Source of the DNA: a virus
Taxonomy: Duplodnaviria > Caudoviricetes
Length of the DNA: 58,520 nt
Virus record (IMG/VR): IMGVR_UViG_3300036987_000072
Location: 1-58,520 of that record
Direction: 5' to 3' (one strand)
Under the pieces are notes generated by a model. It did not search any database. It saw only the letters and a program-made list of their open reading frames with translations, and was not told the origin of the DNA. How positions within the stretch are numbered: position 1 is the first letter of the stretch; each line of letters opens with the position of its first letter. The translations under genes were made by a program, and so were the position numbers. Shown piece by piece: positions 43,402 to 53,938 of the stretch.

Positions 43402-45690
43402 ATGGAAAAGCGGGTCATTCACCGCGACCGGCAGGAAGTGCAGGCCGTCGACTTCAACAACATGGGCGAATTCGCCAAGACGGCGATCGACCACGTGGTG
43501 AAGGACGGCATCCAGGACGCGAAGGGCTGGACCGAGTTTCAGGTCATCGAGTCTGGCACTGCCGAGATCACCGTCGAGCCGGGCCGCATCTACAATGCCG
43601 GTGCGGTTTACGTGGTCGAGACCGACACAGTGTTCGACCTGCTGAGCAATCTGCCGGCGGTCAATAAAAAGTGGGTTGCCATCGTTGGCTGGGGCTCCGA
43701 GGCGGACGTCGACACGCAGCCACGCGACTTCCTGATCGACGCCACGACCGGCGCCACCGAGCCGGCTGCCGTGGCGATGCAGAAGCTACGCAAGGCGAAT
43801 ATCGCAACCGTCGTCGGCGTCGAGGCCCCGCAGCCGGCCAAGCCGGCGATCGACAGCGGCAACGTCATCATCGCCTGGGTACTGATCGACCCCACGGGCA
43901 TCGACACCATCACGCTCAACGAGGCCGCGCGTCTGCCGCAAGTGGCGCGCGAGAAGATCCGCACCGACGACCTGGTCGCCTGGCGCGGCCTGGTCGGCCC
44001 GCGCATCGACTCGATCGCCTCGGACTTGGCGCGTCTGTTCGCCATGATCGCCGGTATGGGCACGTCCCGCCTGATCGAGCAGGTCGCTATCGACGTCGCC
44101 CGCGTCAAGGAAGCACTCGAGCTGGAGGACAACTATTCGTCTTACGGCGCCGACCGCTATCTGGATGAAGGCGAGTCCGACACCGACGACGTCAACTACC
44201 TGGCCAAGGTCGAGGAGGGTATCCGGTTCTCGGCCGACGCTGCCGACATGCGGGCATTGCAGATCTTCAACCCTGTAAACCCGGATGTCGTGACGTCGGG
44301 CGGGCTGTTGCTGCCGAAGTCGACGGACAGCATGCGCTTCAAGGTCGAGCCCTTCTACGAGTCGCTGTCGATCTCGCAGTATCAATACAACACCCACGAG
44401 ATGGTGCAGCGCTCGGTGGCCCGCACGCGCATCCGCTACGGCGAAGAAACGACGGTCTGCACCAACTCGGCATGGTTCCGGTCCGGCCGTTGGGACAGCG
44501 CTCAGAACGTGCTCTTCAAAGACGGGGACACCTGGGAGGTCGTGGGCGGCAACGGTAACGTCAATCACACTGCCGTGCGCTTGCGTCGCTTCTGGGTCGA
44601 TACCTACACGGAGTATTACTGGGACCGCATCACAACGGACCACACCATCAACGGTCAGCAGATCGGCCAGACCTTCCTGAACGCAGCCGACGGCTGGCTG
44701 TCAGCCATCGGGCTATACTTCACCGCCAAGGGCTCGACCGGCAACGTCAACGTCGCGCTGACGCAAGTCGTGTACGGACAGCCTGATCTCGACAATGTGC
44801 TCAGCATGGTGACGCTCAACGTCGCTGACATCCTGACGTCGGCCGATGGCACCATCGAGACCAAGGTCGCCTTTCCCGCGACTTTCCTCGAGGCCGGCAA
44901 GCGCTACGCTATCGTCATCACCACGGCGGGCAACCACTACGTCGCGATGGCGCAGGGCACCCAGTATGCCCAGGGCACGTTCTTCTACTCGGTCGACGGC
45001 GCCTATCAGCAGGGCACTGCCAACAAGGACCTGATGTTCTCGCTGTACTTCGCGAAGTTCAACCGTACGCGCACGGTGGTCGAGCTTACCCCGATGTCGC
45101 TTTCTGGCGGTATCGCGGACATCGACATCTTGGCGCCGATGATCGTGCCGGCCTCGTGCCAGCTGCAGTTCGAGCTGCAGGTCGCGGGCGTGTGGTCACC
45201 GCTGGCGGAGGTCGTGAGCGGCAACACGGTTCTTTACGGATTGCCGCCGCTGCTGCCCTTCCGGGCGGTATTCAACGGCACATCCGACGTGCAGCCGGCG
45301 ATCAACCTCGCCGATAGCCGCTTGCAGTTCTGGCGCCCGCGCACGAACCTCAAGCACATCAGCGAGCTGATCACGCTCGACGAGGGCACGCAGGACCTCA
45401 AGATCATGGTCCTGCTCGAGAACTACAAAGAAGCCAACCACGACTGCGTGGTGAAGATCCTCCGCGACGGCACCGGCTCGGCGATCACCGCCGGCTCGGT
45501 CGTCGACGTCGAGGTCGATCCGCCTGTCGACGCGCGCTCTGTTGCCCATAAGAACATCAAGCGCACCTTCACATGGACGGCCACGCAGCTGACGACGGAT
45601 CTCACGAGCTTCTCGATCGAGATCACGGGGACGACATCATCGGCGCTGGACACTTTCCACGTCGCCGAGCGCGTGCATCTGGCGTTCTAA
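43402..45690 (+). CDS. Large baseplate/tail-fibre structural protein
   Basis: Follows gpI; beta-rich; QTFL..LSAIGLYF..YAIVITT motif. Confidence 0.65.
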   Translation: MEKRVIHRDRQEVQAVDFNNMGEFAKTAIDHVVKDGIQDAKGWTEFQVIESGTAEITVEPGRIYNAGAVYVVETDTVFDLLSNLPAVNKKWVAIVGWGSEADVDTQPRDFLIDATTGATEPAAVAMQKLRKANIATVVGVEAPQPAKPAIDSGNVIIAWVLIDPTGIDTITLNEAARLPQVAREKIRTDDLVAWRGLVGPRIDSIASDLARLFAMIAGMGTSRLIEQVAIDVARVKEALELEDNYSSYGADRYLDEGESDTDDVNYLAKVEEGIRFSADAADMRALQIFNPVNPDVVTSGGLLLPKSTDSMRFKVEPFYESLSISQYQYNTHEMVQRSVARTRIRYGEETTVCTNSAWFRSGRWDSAQNVLFKDGDTWEVVGGNGNVNHTAVRLRRFWVDTYTEYYWDRITTDHTINGQQIGQTFLNAADGWLSAIGLYFTAKGSTGNVNVALTQVVYGQPDLDNVLSMVTLNVADILTSADGTIETKVAFPATFLEAGKRYAIVITTAGNHYVAMAQGTQYAQGTFFYSVDGAYQQGTANKDLMFSLYFAKFNRTRTVVELTPMSLSGGIADIDILAPMIVPASCQLQFELQVAGVWSPLAEVVSGNTVLYGLPPLLPFRAVFNGTSDVQPAINLADSRLQFWRPRTNLKHISELITLDEGTQDLKIMVLLENYKEANHDCVVKILRDGTGSAITAGSVVDVEVDPPVDARSVAHKNIKRTFTWTATQLTTDLTSFSIEITGTTSSALDTFHVAERVHLAF

Positions 45691-45759
45691 AGGCGTTGGG
45701 CGCCCGCTCGCGCGGTGGGCCCCATTGCGCCTACCCAACACACACCTGGAGGACTGCGA

Positions 45760-45951
45760 ATGGCTAAGAAACAACCGGCCAAGGCGGCGACGCCTGCCGC
45801 GATCGACCCCGAGGTCACTTACGAGGTCAAGATCAAGCGAAAGGTCGCGCACGGGCGCACCATCTTGCGGCCGACCGATGCGCGCATCCGCATGCTGGGC
45901 GCGACGATCATCGAGTTGGGCGACGCGGTGGACGTCTATCGGGAGGTCTAA
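45760..45951 (+). CDS. Small hypothetical protein
   Basis: SD GGAGG. Confidence 0.55.
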   Translation: MAKKQPAKAATPAAIDPEVTYEVKIKRKVAHGRTILRPTDARIRMLGATIIELGDAVDVYREV

Positions 45952-45954
45952 GCC

Positions 45955-47034
45955 GTGGCGCAGCAGTTCGAGAGAAAGTATCGCGTTAAAGGCGATGAGC
46001 TGACCGACGACTTTTTTAACTCGCGGTTTCGCGACATCGATCTGCGCGTCGCCGATCTCGAAACGCGCATCGGCGGGTTCGACGAGGCGGTCGATGCGCT
46101 TATCGCCCGCGGTCTGGATCAGATCAATACGCAGCTGCAGGCTTCGATCGCCGCCCTGCAGCTAGATGTCGCGGCCGCCGTCGCTCAGGTTGAAGCTGCG
46201 GGCGCGCTCGTGGCCGAGCTTGAAGATGCCGTGCAGGAGATCATCTCTGGTTCGCTTCCGGCTACAGGCATCTCGGTGGCCGACATCGATGGCGCCGACA
46301 ATGTGCAGGAAGCGCTAGAGCTGATCAGAACTGCGGTCGCCAGCGTGCAGTCGCAGCTCAATGGCATCGGCGACATCATCGTCGTCGACGACATGACCGA
46401 GGCTGCGACACTCACCGGGCTGGATCTTGGCGACGTCATCCACGTCAAGAACAACGGCTCCTCGAAGTGGGCCCGCTATCAGGTGACGACGCCCGCCGAT
46501 GGCACCTGGGCGAATGCCACCAAGGTGGTGATCTTCACCCAGGATCAGGCGCCGGCAAGCCACGTGCATGCGATCGCCGACGTGACTGGCCTGCAGACCG
46601 CGCTGGACGGGAAGGCGGCGGGCACACACGCACACATTATCAGCGACGTAACCGGCTTGCAGACGGCTCTTGACGGGAAGGAGGCTGCCGACGCCGACAT
46701 CATTAAGAAGGATGTCTCAGCCGACCTTGGTGTTGGTTACAAGTCTACATCCAAGGACCAGGGCACCAAGTCGAGCGGCACGTTTACGCCGAGCGTGGCC
46801 ACCGGCAACATCCAGCATTACACCAACAACGGCGCTCACACGTTGGCGCCGTTCACAGATCACACCACGATGGTTCTCGACGTCACCAACGGCGCGTCGG
46901 CCGGTGCAATCACCGTTTCGGGCTTCACCAAGACTACGGGCGACACACGCACCACAACGAACGGGCACAAATTCCGGCTGTTCATCTCAGTCGGAAACGG
47001 CGGCTCGCATCTCCACACCCAGGCGCTCCAGTAA
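45955..47034 (+). CDS. Tail fibre protein
   Basis: Coiled coil followed by two HxH fibre repeats (HVHAIADVTGLQTALDGK, HAHIISDVTGLQTALDGK). Confidence 0.75.
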   Translation: MAQQFERKYRVKGDELTDDFFNSRFRDIDLRVADLETRIGGFDEAVDALIARGLDQINTQLQASIAALQLDVAAAVAQVEAAGALVAELEDAVQEIISGSLPATGISVADIDGADNVQEALELIRTAVASVQSQLNGIGDIIVVDDMTEAATLTGLDLGDVIHVKNNGSSKWARYQVTTPADGTWANATKVVIFTQDQAPASHVHAIADVTGLQTALDGKAAGTHAHIISDVTGLQTALDGKEAADADIIKKDVSADLGVGYKSTSKDQGTKSSGTFTPSVATGNIQHYTNNGAHTLAPFTDHTTMVLDVTNGASAGAITVSGFTKTTGDTRTTTNGHKFRLFISVGNGGSHLHTQALQ

Positions 47035-47043
47035 GAGGCACAG

Positions 47044-47691
47044 ATGGAAAAGATCGGCTATGCGTTGGTCGAGCTAGCGACCGGCGAAATAGCGGCGCTA
47101 GCGCATGCTTTGCCGTGCCGACTGACGGTCCCGGGCGTCGGCGTTGTCGACTTCGACCAGCCCGGGCAGATCATGCCTGACAGCGCTAACCCGACGCACA
47201 TCTTCGTTGAGCGTTGGGCATCGGGCCCCGCATCCCCTGGCGACGTGCTGGTGAGCGAAAGCTCTGAATACGACGACGTCGAGGGGCGCGTCGTCGTCAC
47301 CCGTGAGTGGGAGACACCCGCGATCACAAAGCAGCAGCTTATCGACTATGCGGCTGCGACGCGGCGCGCTCTGACGAATGGCGCAGCACTTATGGATGTT
47401 GGTGAGCGCAGCATCCCGGTCTGGGTGGACCCCGAGAGCCGTGGCTCGATCCTGGGACTGCAGGTCGCGTCCGGCATCATCGAAGGTCTTACCGCTCCCT
47501 GGAAGGGCGCAGACGGTGCCTTCTATTTGCTGACCGCTGCGGAGATCCAGGCGCTGGCTCTGGGTATGATGGCATTCGTACAAGACTGCTTCACCGCTGA
47601 GGCAATCGTTCTCTCTGGCATTGAGGCCGACGCGATCGTTGCGACATCGGCGATTGACGCGGCAACTTGGCCACAAGGCTGGGAGGCATAG
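47044..47691 (+). CDS. Tail fibre assembly/chaperone-like protein (DUF4376-like)
   Basis: WKGADGAF..LTAAEI..FVQDCFTAE..IDAATWP. Confidence 0.7.
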   Translation: MEKIGYALVELATGEIAALAHALPCRLTVPGVGVVDFDQPGQIMPDSANPTHIFVERWASGPASPGDVLVSESSEYDDVEGRVVVTREWETPAITKQQLIDYAAATRRALTNGAALMDVGERSIPVWVDPESRGSILGLQVASGIIEGLTAPWKGADGAFYLLTAAEIQALALGMMAFVQDCFTAEAIVLSGIEADAIVATSAIDAATWPQGWEA

Positions 47692-48435
47692 ATGGGCATC
47701 GACATGCCGCCGAAAGCGGAATTGTGGCTGCCACCTAAGGCTGCCATCATCCGCTCGCACCGCGATATGCGGGAAGCGTCGTTCCCGTTCCCGGCCTTCT
47801 GCCCCAGCAAGTCTCTTGTGATGTCGTTCCGCGGATCAGCAGCGTCGGCCTCGCCCACAATTACCGCCCCGGGCGGTATCGCTGCTGGCGATCTCATCGT
47901 GTTGTTCGACATGTCGAATCTCAACACAGTCATTGTGCCAAGCGGATTTACCCAGCTCGCTACAAGCACGTTCAATTTTTCCGGGGCCAATGTGCGCGCG
48001 GTATTGAGCGGCAAAGTCGCGACTGGATCGGAGGGTGGCTCCAGCATCAGCGGAATGACAGGTGCCGGACAAGTTGCCAAAGTGATGTCCGTCTTTCAAT
48101 GCACCGGTGCGGCAGGGATGTCGCCGGGTACATTCAACGCGCAGGGCACACTGGGCGACCCGGCTGGTCAGACGGTAAGTGCCTCGGGTGGGGCGACGCC
48201 ACTCGTCGTTCTGGGGGCTTACGGGACTTACAACTTCTTCGATAACGGTATCGGTACTCGCGGTTTTTCTCCAGGGAAGGACGGAGAAGCGCAAGCCGAT
48301 TACGGCTCCGGCGACATATGGCTTGCCTACAAGATATACAACGCCGCTCCCGCAAGCGTGTCCATCGATATGGGTGATGTCTCGTCGGGCGGCGGGGGGC
48401 AAAACCTTTTGAGCGGCTGGGTCTCCATGACCTAG
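47692..48435 (+). CDS. Putative fibre-associated/receptor-binding protein
   Basis: Gly/Ser/Thr-rich beta protein (APGGIAAGDLIV..PSGFTQL); more AT-ending codons than neighbours. Confidence 0.55.
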   Translation: MGIDMPPKAELWLPPKAAIIRSHRDMREASFPFPAFCPSKSLVMSFRGSAASASPTITAPGGIAAGDLIVLFDMSNLNTVIVPSGFTQLATSTFNFSGANVRAVLSGKVATGSEGGSSISGMTGAGQVAKVMSVFQCTGAAGMSPGTFNAQGTLGDPAGQTVSASGGATPLVVLGAYGTYNFFDNGIGTRGFSPGKDGEAQADYGSGDIWLAYKIYNAAPASVSIDMGDVSSGGGGQNLLSGWVSMT

Positions 48436-48522
48436 CTGGGCACTGAACAATCTAAGTGGTTTGTCGACAACCCTTCCCCGGCGCCTCTGGCGTGCGGGCT
48501 TTTCGCGCTGGAGAAAACTAAC

Positions 48523-50268
48523 ATGGCAGACATCGCCTTCCACCACGGTACGCGAGTTTTTGAGAGCCTCGAGACCCCGATCCTCATCCGCACCACGCAG
48601 TCGGCCGTGATCGCCCACATCGGCACCGCGCCCGACGCCGACGCGGAAGTTTTCCCGCTCAACAAGCCGATCCTGCTCAAGGGCACGGCCGAATATTCCA
48701 AGGCCGTGGCGCTGGGCGACGCGGGCACCCTGAAAGCCTCGCTCGACGGCGCGTTCGACCAGATCGGCACCTACAATTACGTCATCCGCGTCGAGGAAGG
48801 CGAAGATCTGCCGGAGACGCTGTCGAACATCATCGGCGACGGCGCAGCCATGACCGGCGTGCACGCGCTGCTCAAATGCGAGAGCCTTTACGGCCGCAAC
48901 GTCAAGCCGCGCCTGGTCGTGGTTCCCGGCTTCACGCAGTCGCTCGGCGACGATGGCGTGGCATCGTGCAACATCACAGCCCCGGGCACGAGCTACGAAA
49001 CGGCGCCGACCGTCTACGTCTACCCCGCCGATGCCACCAAGACCGTCTCGCGCACGCCGGACCCCACAAACGCCGGCAACGGAGTCATGACGCTGGCAGC
49101 CCCCGCCTACGGCGCCGGCATCGTCGCCGGCACCTATCGCGTCGAATGCGTCACGGCGGCGGCCAACGCCGGCACCTTTAACGTCGTCGATCCTGCAGGC
49201 CAGATCATCGGCCAGGCCACGGTGGCGGTCGCCTACGACGGCCCGATTAAGTTCACGATCGCCGACGGTGCCAACGACTTCGAGGTCGGCGACGGCTTCA
49301 ACGTCACGGTTTCGATCACGGGCGGCGCCGGCGTCGGTGCTGAGCTGGAGGCAATCGTCCTCTCCGGCGCAGTCAACCAGCTCGTTATCAAGCGCCCCGG
49401 CTTCGGCTACGAGAACGGCATCGCGATCGCCTTCGCCGGCGGCGGCGGTTCGGGCGCTGCAGCGTCGGCCACGGCCGGCGCTGTTGCCAATCCCGTGGTT
49501 GCCGAGCTGGTCGGCGTGCTCGAGAAGCTGCGCGCCGTGGCCCTCGTCGACGGTCCGGACACGACCGACCAGGCGGCCGTATTGTGGCGGCAGAAAATCA
49601 ACTCCGACCGCATCTATCCGATCGACGTCAAGCATCTGGTTTGGGACACCGAGCTTGATGCCTACGTTACGCAGCCCGCCAGCCCGCGCTTTGCGGGCGT
49701 GCAGGCCCGCGTCGATCGCCAGCAGGGCTTCTGGTGGTCGCTGTCGAATAAGCCGATCAACGGCATCGGCGGCGTCTCGCGGCCGATCTCCTACGGCGAC
49801 CAGGCCAACTACCTCAACGAGAATTCCGTCAACACGACGATCAACATGGGCGACGGGTTCATCACCTGGGGCAACCGCGTCGCCACGGCGATCGACCTGA
49901 ATAAGTTCATCTCTGTCCGCCGGACTATGGACTTCATCAACGAGGCCCTCGAGGCCGCGTATATGGAGTTTGTCGACAAGCCGTTCTCGCTCGCCAATCT
50001 CAAGTTCATGATCGAGAGCGGCAACGCCTTCATGAAGGTGCTGCGTGCTGAGGGCGCGATCCTCAACGGCCGGGTGTGGCTCGACTCCGAGCGCAACACC
50101 AACGAGGAAATGGCGCAGGGCCGCGTGACGCTCGGCGTTGACTTCGAACCGCCGGCGCCGATGGAAGACATCCGCCTCGTCACTCACCGCAACATCACGT
50201 ACTACGCCGAGCTGCGCAATCGCGTGCTCGAGGAGATCCGCAGCGGCGCGCTCGCCTTCGCCGCCTAA
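48523..50268 (+). CDS. Tail sheath protein (P2 FI-like) with insertion domains
   Basis: FHHGTRVFE..GTAPDAD..FPLN, GFWWSLSN, WGNR, FISVRR. Confidence 0.93.
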   Translation: MADIAFHHGTRVFESLETPILIRTTQSAVIAHIGTAPDADAEVFPLNKPILLKGTAEYSKAVALGDAGTLKASLDGAFDQIGTYNYVIRVEEGEDLPETLSNIIGDGAAMTGVHALLKCESLYGRNVKPRLVVVPGFTQSLGDDGVASCNITAPGTSYETAPTVYVYPADATKTVSRTPDPTNAGNGVMTLAAPAYGAGIVAGTYRVECVTAAANAGTFNVVDPAGQIIGQATVAVAYDGPIKFTIADGANDFEVGDGFNVTVSITGGAGVGAELEAIVLSGAVNQLVIKRPGFGYENGIAIAFAGGGGSGAAASATAGAVANPVVAELVGVLEKLRAVALVDGPDTTDQAAVLWRQKINSDRIYPIDVKHLVWDTELDAYVTQPASPRFAGVQARVDRQQGFWWSLSNKPINGIGGVSRPISYGDQANYLNENSVNTTINMGDGFITWGNRVATAIDLNKFISVRRTMDFINEALEAAYMEFVDKPFSLANLKFMIESGNAFMKVLRAEGAILNGRVWLDSERNTNEEMAQGRVTLGVDFEPPAPMEDIRLVTHRNITYYAELRNRVLEEIRSGALAFAA

Positions 50269-50342
50269 CACTTCGCCGCGCCGCCGCTGGCACTTGCTGG
50301 TGGCGGCGCATCTGCGCTCGCCCTTTCAGGAGACATCGATCA

Positions 50343-50864
50343 ATGTCCGAGACGCCCGGTTATATTCTGCGCAACTGCACCATTTTCGTCGACCGCATTT
50401 CCAAGGTCGGCCAGGCCTCCGAAATGGAGCTGCCCGTTCCCGAGGAAAAGGTCGAGGAGATCCGCAACGCCGGCATGGTGATGCCGATCGAGGTCAAGCT
50501 CGGTTACGAGAAGCTCGAGCAGGGCTTTAAGATGACCGCCTTCGACCCGCAGGTCCTCAAGCTGTTCGGTCTGCGCATCGGCGACATCAAGGAATTCATG
50601 ATCACCGGCGCGCTCGTCGACGAGGACGGCACCACGCACTCGGCGGTCGCCTACGCGCGCGGCTTCCTCAAGCAGGCCAAGACCGACACATGGAAGCCGG
50701 GCGAGAAAAACGAGACCGAATATATGGTTTCGATCCGGTCCTACAAGCTCGAGATCGATGGCAACCCGATATTCGAAATGGACGCCTTCGAGGTCAAGAT
50801 CGGCGGCGTCAGCCAAACTAAGGACATCCGCAGCGCCCTGCTGCTCGGTGGCGATTCCGCCTAA
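50343..50864 (+). CDS. Tail tube protein (P2 FII-like)
   Basis: RNAGMVMPIEVKLG.EKLE..WKPGEK..YKLEIDG. Confidence 0.9.
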   Translation: MSETPGYILRNCTIFVDRISKVGQASEMELPVPEEKVEEIRNAGMVMPIEVKLGYEKLEQGFKMTAFDPQVLKLFGLRIGDIKEFMITGALVDEDGTTHSAVAYARGFLKQAKTDTWKPGEKNETEYMVSIRSYKLEIDGNPIFEMDAFEVKIGGVSQTKDIRSALLLGGDSA

Positions 50865-50890
50865 CGACTAAACCATCCACGGGGGATTAC

Positions 50891-51559
50891 ATGGCTAAGA
50901 AACCAACGCCGGCAGCCGCGGGGAATGCGGCAGCCGGCGACGGCGCTTTGCGCAAGACGTTTAAGCTTGCGGTGCCCGTTCGCGACGACGCCGGCCATGT
51001 CTGGTCGGAGATCACGGTCGTCGAGCCGGAGCTGCTGCACCGAGTGCACGTGCAGCGCCAAAAGACGGCGACGCGTGCCGAGCAAACCGCGCGGCTCATT
51101 GCTGCGCTTTCGGGCGTGCCGGAGCCGGTCGTCCGCCGCATGAAAACTCGCGACGCGCACACCATCAGTCACTGGATCGACGACGTGGTCGAAAGCGGCG
51201 CGCGCGCCGATGCTTTGGCCGAAATGGCCAGTGGCGAGGAACGCAGGCACGAGACCTCGCGATCGTTCCAGCTGCTCGCGCCGGTGCTGACGGCCGACCG
51301 GCCGGTCACCGAGGTCACGGTCGTCGAGCCGGATCTCGAGGCGGGCATCGCCGTCGAGAAGATGGACCTCGAGGCGGAAAAGACCGCGGCGCTGATCGCC
51401 ATCTGCGCCGGCGTGACCATCCCCGTCGTGATGCGCATGAAGCTGCGCGACATCGTTCGCATCGAGCGGTGGATGGATTTTTTCTTCAACGCTGGCGAGG
51501 CGTCGCCGGCGGAGACCGATCAGGACAGCGACAACCAGGTGCCGGTTGGCGCGACGTAG
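50891..51559 (+). CDS. Tail assembly chaperone (gpE-like), tandemly duplicated domain
   Basis: EITVVEP..LIAALSGVP..MKTRD and EVTVVEP..LIAICAGVT..MKLRD. Confidence 0.8.
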   Translation: MAKKPTPAAAGNAAAGDGALRKTFKLAVPVRDDAGHVWSEITVVEPELLHRVHVQRQKTATRAEQTARLIAALSGVPEPVVRRMKTRDAHTISHWIDDVVESGARADALAEMASGEERRHETSRSFQLLAPVLTADRPVTEVTVVEPDLEAGIAVEKMDLEAEKTAALIAICAGVTIPVVMRMKLRDIVRIERWMDFFFNAGEASPAETDQDSDNQVPVGAT

Positions 51560-51672
51560 CGGTGCAGCTCGCGCGCGAACTCTCAACGCCGATCGAATCC
51601 GTGAAGAAAATGACGCTCGTCGAGGCGGCCGAATGGATGGCCGCCCTGCGCCGCGTCGACAAACAGAAGTGA
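51478..51672 (+). other. -1 frameshift site T TTT TTC and gpE'-like extension
   Basis: Slippery heptamer 51478-51484 in the correct codon phase; -1 frame gives VAVQLARELSTPIESVKKMTLVEAAEW. Confidence 0.7.
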
Positions 51673-51676
51673 GCCA

Positions 51677-53935
51677 ATGGCCACCTTAACGTCGCGCCTC
51701 GTCATCAGCTTGAGCGATCGCGTGTCGGGCCCGGCGCGTGCGATCGCCGGCTCGCTCAAGCGGCTGCAGAGCACGGCGGCCGGCGCGGCATTCGCAACCG
51801 CCGGCCGCCAGGCCAACCGCGCAGGCACGCAGTTCATGCGCGCCGGCGCCTCGGCGTTCACGGCCGCCTATGGCGTGCGCGCGATCATCGAGCCGACGCG
51901 CGAATTCAATGATGCCGTCTGGGGCACCACGGCCGCCCTGCTCGGAACGACCAAGGCGCTCAAGCCGGCGCAGGCGCAGGCCGAGGATCTCCGCAAGACG
52001 GCGATCGACCTATCGAAGCAGTACGGCGTGATGCCGGAAGTGTTCGCGAAAGCGGGCATGGAAGCCACCAAAATGGGCCTCGACCACAAGAAAGCCAGCT
52101 CGGTCATGGAGGCCGCCGGCAAGGTGTGGATGAGCGACAAGGACGTCGACCCGTCGGCGATGGCGAAGTCGCTCGGCACCTATGGCATCGTGTACGGTGC
52201 ACCAGAGGACGAGGAGGCCTATCGCACGCAGACGATGGGGCGCGCGTCGTCACTCGCGCTCGCCGGCGCCAAGACGCGAACCTCGGCCTCGGCGCTCGAG
52301 GAGGGCCTGCGAAACTACATGGGCGTGCATGGCGCGTTCGGTGGCAAATTCGAGGACGCCGTCGCGCTCATCGCCATGGGCAGCAACGTGGCGCTGATGG
52401 AGAAAGAAACCGGCACCGCGCTCAAGTCGCTCACGTCGAGATTCCTGCGCATGCCGGCGGAAGGTCGCGCGGCGATGGCCGGTGCGGGCATCGACACGAC
52501 CAAGTTTATGGATTTCTCGGCCGTCAGCCCGCTGCGCGCCACCGGGCAGCTGGTGCAGCTGTTCCCCGGTCAGCTCAAGAAGGGCGCGCGCGGCAACACG
52601 CTCAAGTTCCTCGAGAAGGCCGAGCGAGACGGCAGGCTGAAAGATCCGGCGATTATCGGCCAGGTCCTCGAGCACCTCGAAAAGCAGGGATTGAAGTTCG
52701 CCGGCGCCGAGGACCGCGACATCGCGCTAACGAAAATCTCCTCGGTCATGTCCGGCGCCGGCGGTAACTTCGACCCGCTCGGGTTCTTCGCCGAGATCTC
52801 GCGCGCCGTGAAAGACGGTCGCGCTGGGCCCGGCATCCTCGGCCTGATCGGCGAGCCGAAGCGGCTGCAGCAATATCTCGCCTTGAACCACGTGCTCGAG
52901 GACACGGTCGCGCTGCGTGACGAGTTGGTCAGCGACCAGGGTCGGTTTCTCGGCCTGGTCGCCGAGGGCTATTCGGAAAGCGACGCCGGCAAGATAACGG
53001 CCATGGAGGCGGCCTGGCGGCGCTTCCAGCTGACGCTCATTAGGAGCGACGGGCTGATGCGAATGCTGTCGACGCTGCAGGGCATCGCCGACGCGTTCGC
53101 AGGGATGCCGAGCTGGGCCTCGAGCGCCGTCGGCGGAATGCTCGCCTTTGGTGCGATCCTGGCGCCTATCGGGTTCGCGATCGCCGGCATCGTCGCGGGT
53201 CTGCGCTCGCTCATGGCGCTGGGCAAGGGCATCGCGCTGCTCGGAGGCCTCGGCGGCGCGGCGGCCGGTGGCAGTTCACTGTTCGGCCTCGGCGCCGGCG
53301 CCGCCGGCGGCGCGGCCGCGGCTAAGGCGTCGGCGAATATGATCAAGGGCATGGGTGCATCTCGCGGGCTAATGGCGTCCGGCCAGATGATAGCGGGCAT
53401 GAGCGCCGCCGGCGCCGGTGCCGGCGCCGCGACGGCGAAAACGGTCGGCAAGGGGCTGATTGCGCGCCTCATCCCGGGCGTCGGATGGGCGCTCACCGCC
53501 GCGAGCCTCGGGACCGGCGCCTATGCGGGTTATGAGGACTACCAAAAGAACGGCGACCTCTGGAGCGCAGCTAAGGCCGCCGGCTGGGGTGCACTGACGC
53601 TCGGCACAGGCGCCGCAAACGCGGCCGAGACGTCGCCGGCGTCGACCGTGGCAGCCGCGGGCCCGGCAGTGGCCAGTGGCCAAGCCGACGGCGGGCTCGG
53701 CAATATGCAATCGCAGGCCTCGCAGATCCCGGGCGCGATCGCCGGCGCCATGGCGCAGGTGCGCAGCATCGTCGCCGGCGTCGACCTTACGGCGGAAGGC
53801 ACGCGCATCGCCAACACGCTCGCGAATGGCATCCGCGCCGGTATCGGCAGCATATCGTCGGCGGCGGGCGCTGCAGCCAGCGCCGCGAGCGCCGGCGCTT
53901 CCATGAATGGCGCCTTTTCGGATGGAGCCCGCTAA
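51677..53935 (+). CDS. Tape measure protein
   Basis: DRVSGPARAI start, TP901-like core (ETGTALKS), Ala/Gly-rich hydrophobic C-half. Confidence 0.88.
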   Translation: MATLTSRLVISLSDRVSGPARAIAGSLKRLQSTAAGAAFATAGRQANRAGTQFMRAGASAFTAAYGVRAIIEPTREFNDAVWGTTAALLGTTKALKPAQAQAEDLRKTAIDLSKQYGVMPEVFAKAGMEATKMGLDHKKASSVMEAAGKVWMSDKDVDPSAMAKSLGTYGIVYGAPEDEEAYRTQTMGRASSLALAGAKTRTSASALEEGLRNYMGVHGAFGGKFEDAVALIAMGSNVALMEKETGTALKSLTSRFLRMPAEGRAAMAGAGIDTTKFMDFSAVSPLRATGQLVQLFPGQLKKGARGNTLKFLEKAERDGRLKDPAIIGQVLEHLEKQGLKFAGAEDRDIALTKISSVMSGAGGNFDPLGFFAEISRAVKDGRAGPGILGLIGEPKRLQQYLALNHVLEDTVALRDELVSDQGRFLGLVAEGYSESDAGKITAMEAAWRRFQLTLIRSDGLMRMLSTLQGIADAFAGMPSWASSAVGGMLAFGAILAPIGFAIAGIVAGLRSLMALGKGIALLGGLGGAAAGGSSLFGLGAGAAGGAAAAKASANMIKGMGASRGLMASGQMIAGMSAAGAGAGAATAKTVGKGLIARLIPGVGWALTAASLGTGAYAGYEDYQKNGDLWSAAKAAGWGALTLGTGAANAAETSPASTVAAAGPAVASGQADGGLGNMQSQASQIPGAIAGAMAQVRSIVAGVDLTAEGTRIANTLANGIRAGIGSISSAAGAAASAASAGASMNGAFSDGAR

Positions 53936-53938
53936 CTC

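Noticed and set aside
45955-48435. Diversity-generating retroelement or invertible fibre system
   Set aside because: No reverse transcriptase or invertase, and no TR/VR pair seen
47836-50271. 811-aa antisense ORF (likewise 30465-32258, 55620-57287, 10511-12097, 27042-28322)
   Set aside because: Shadow ORFs opposite well-supported genes; expected in high-GC DNA and no recognisable motifs
51702-51708. Other CTGATGA/TCATCAG matches (also 43319-43325)
   Set aside because: Inside coding sequence with no flanking stems or GAAA core; not hammerheads
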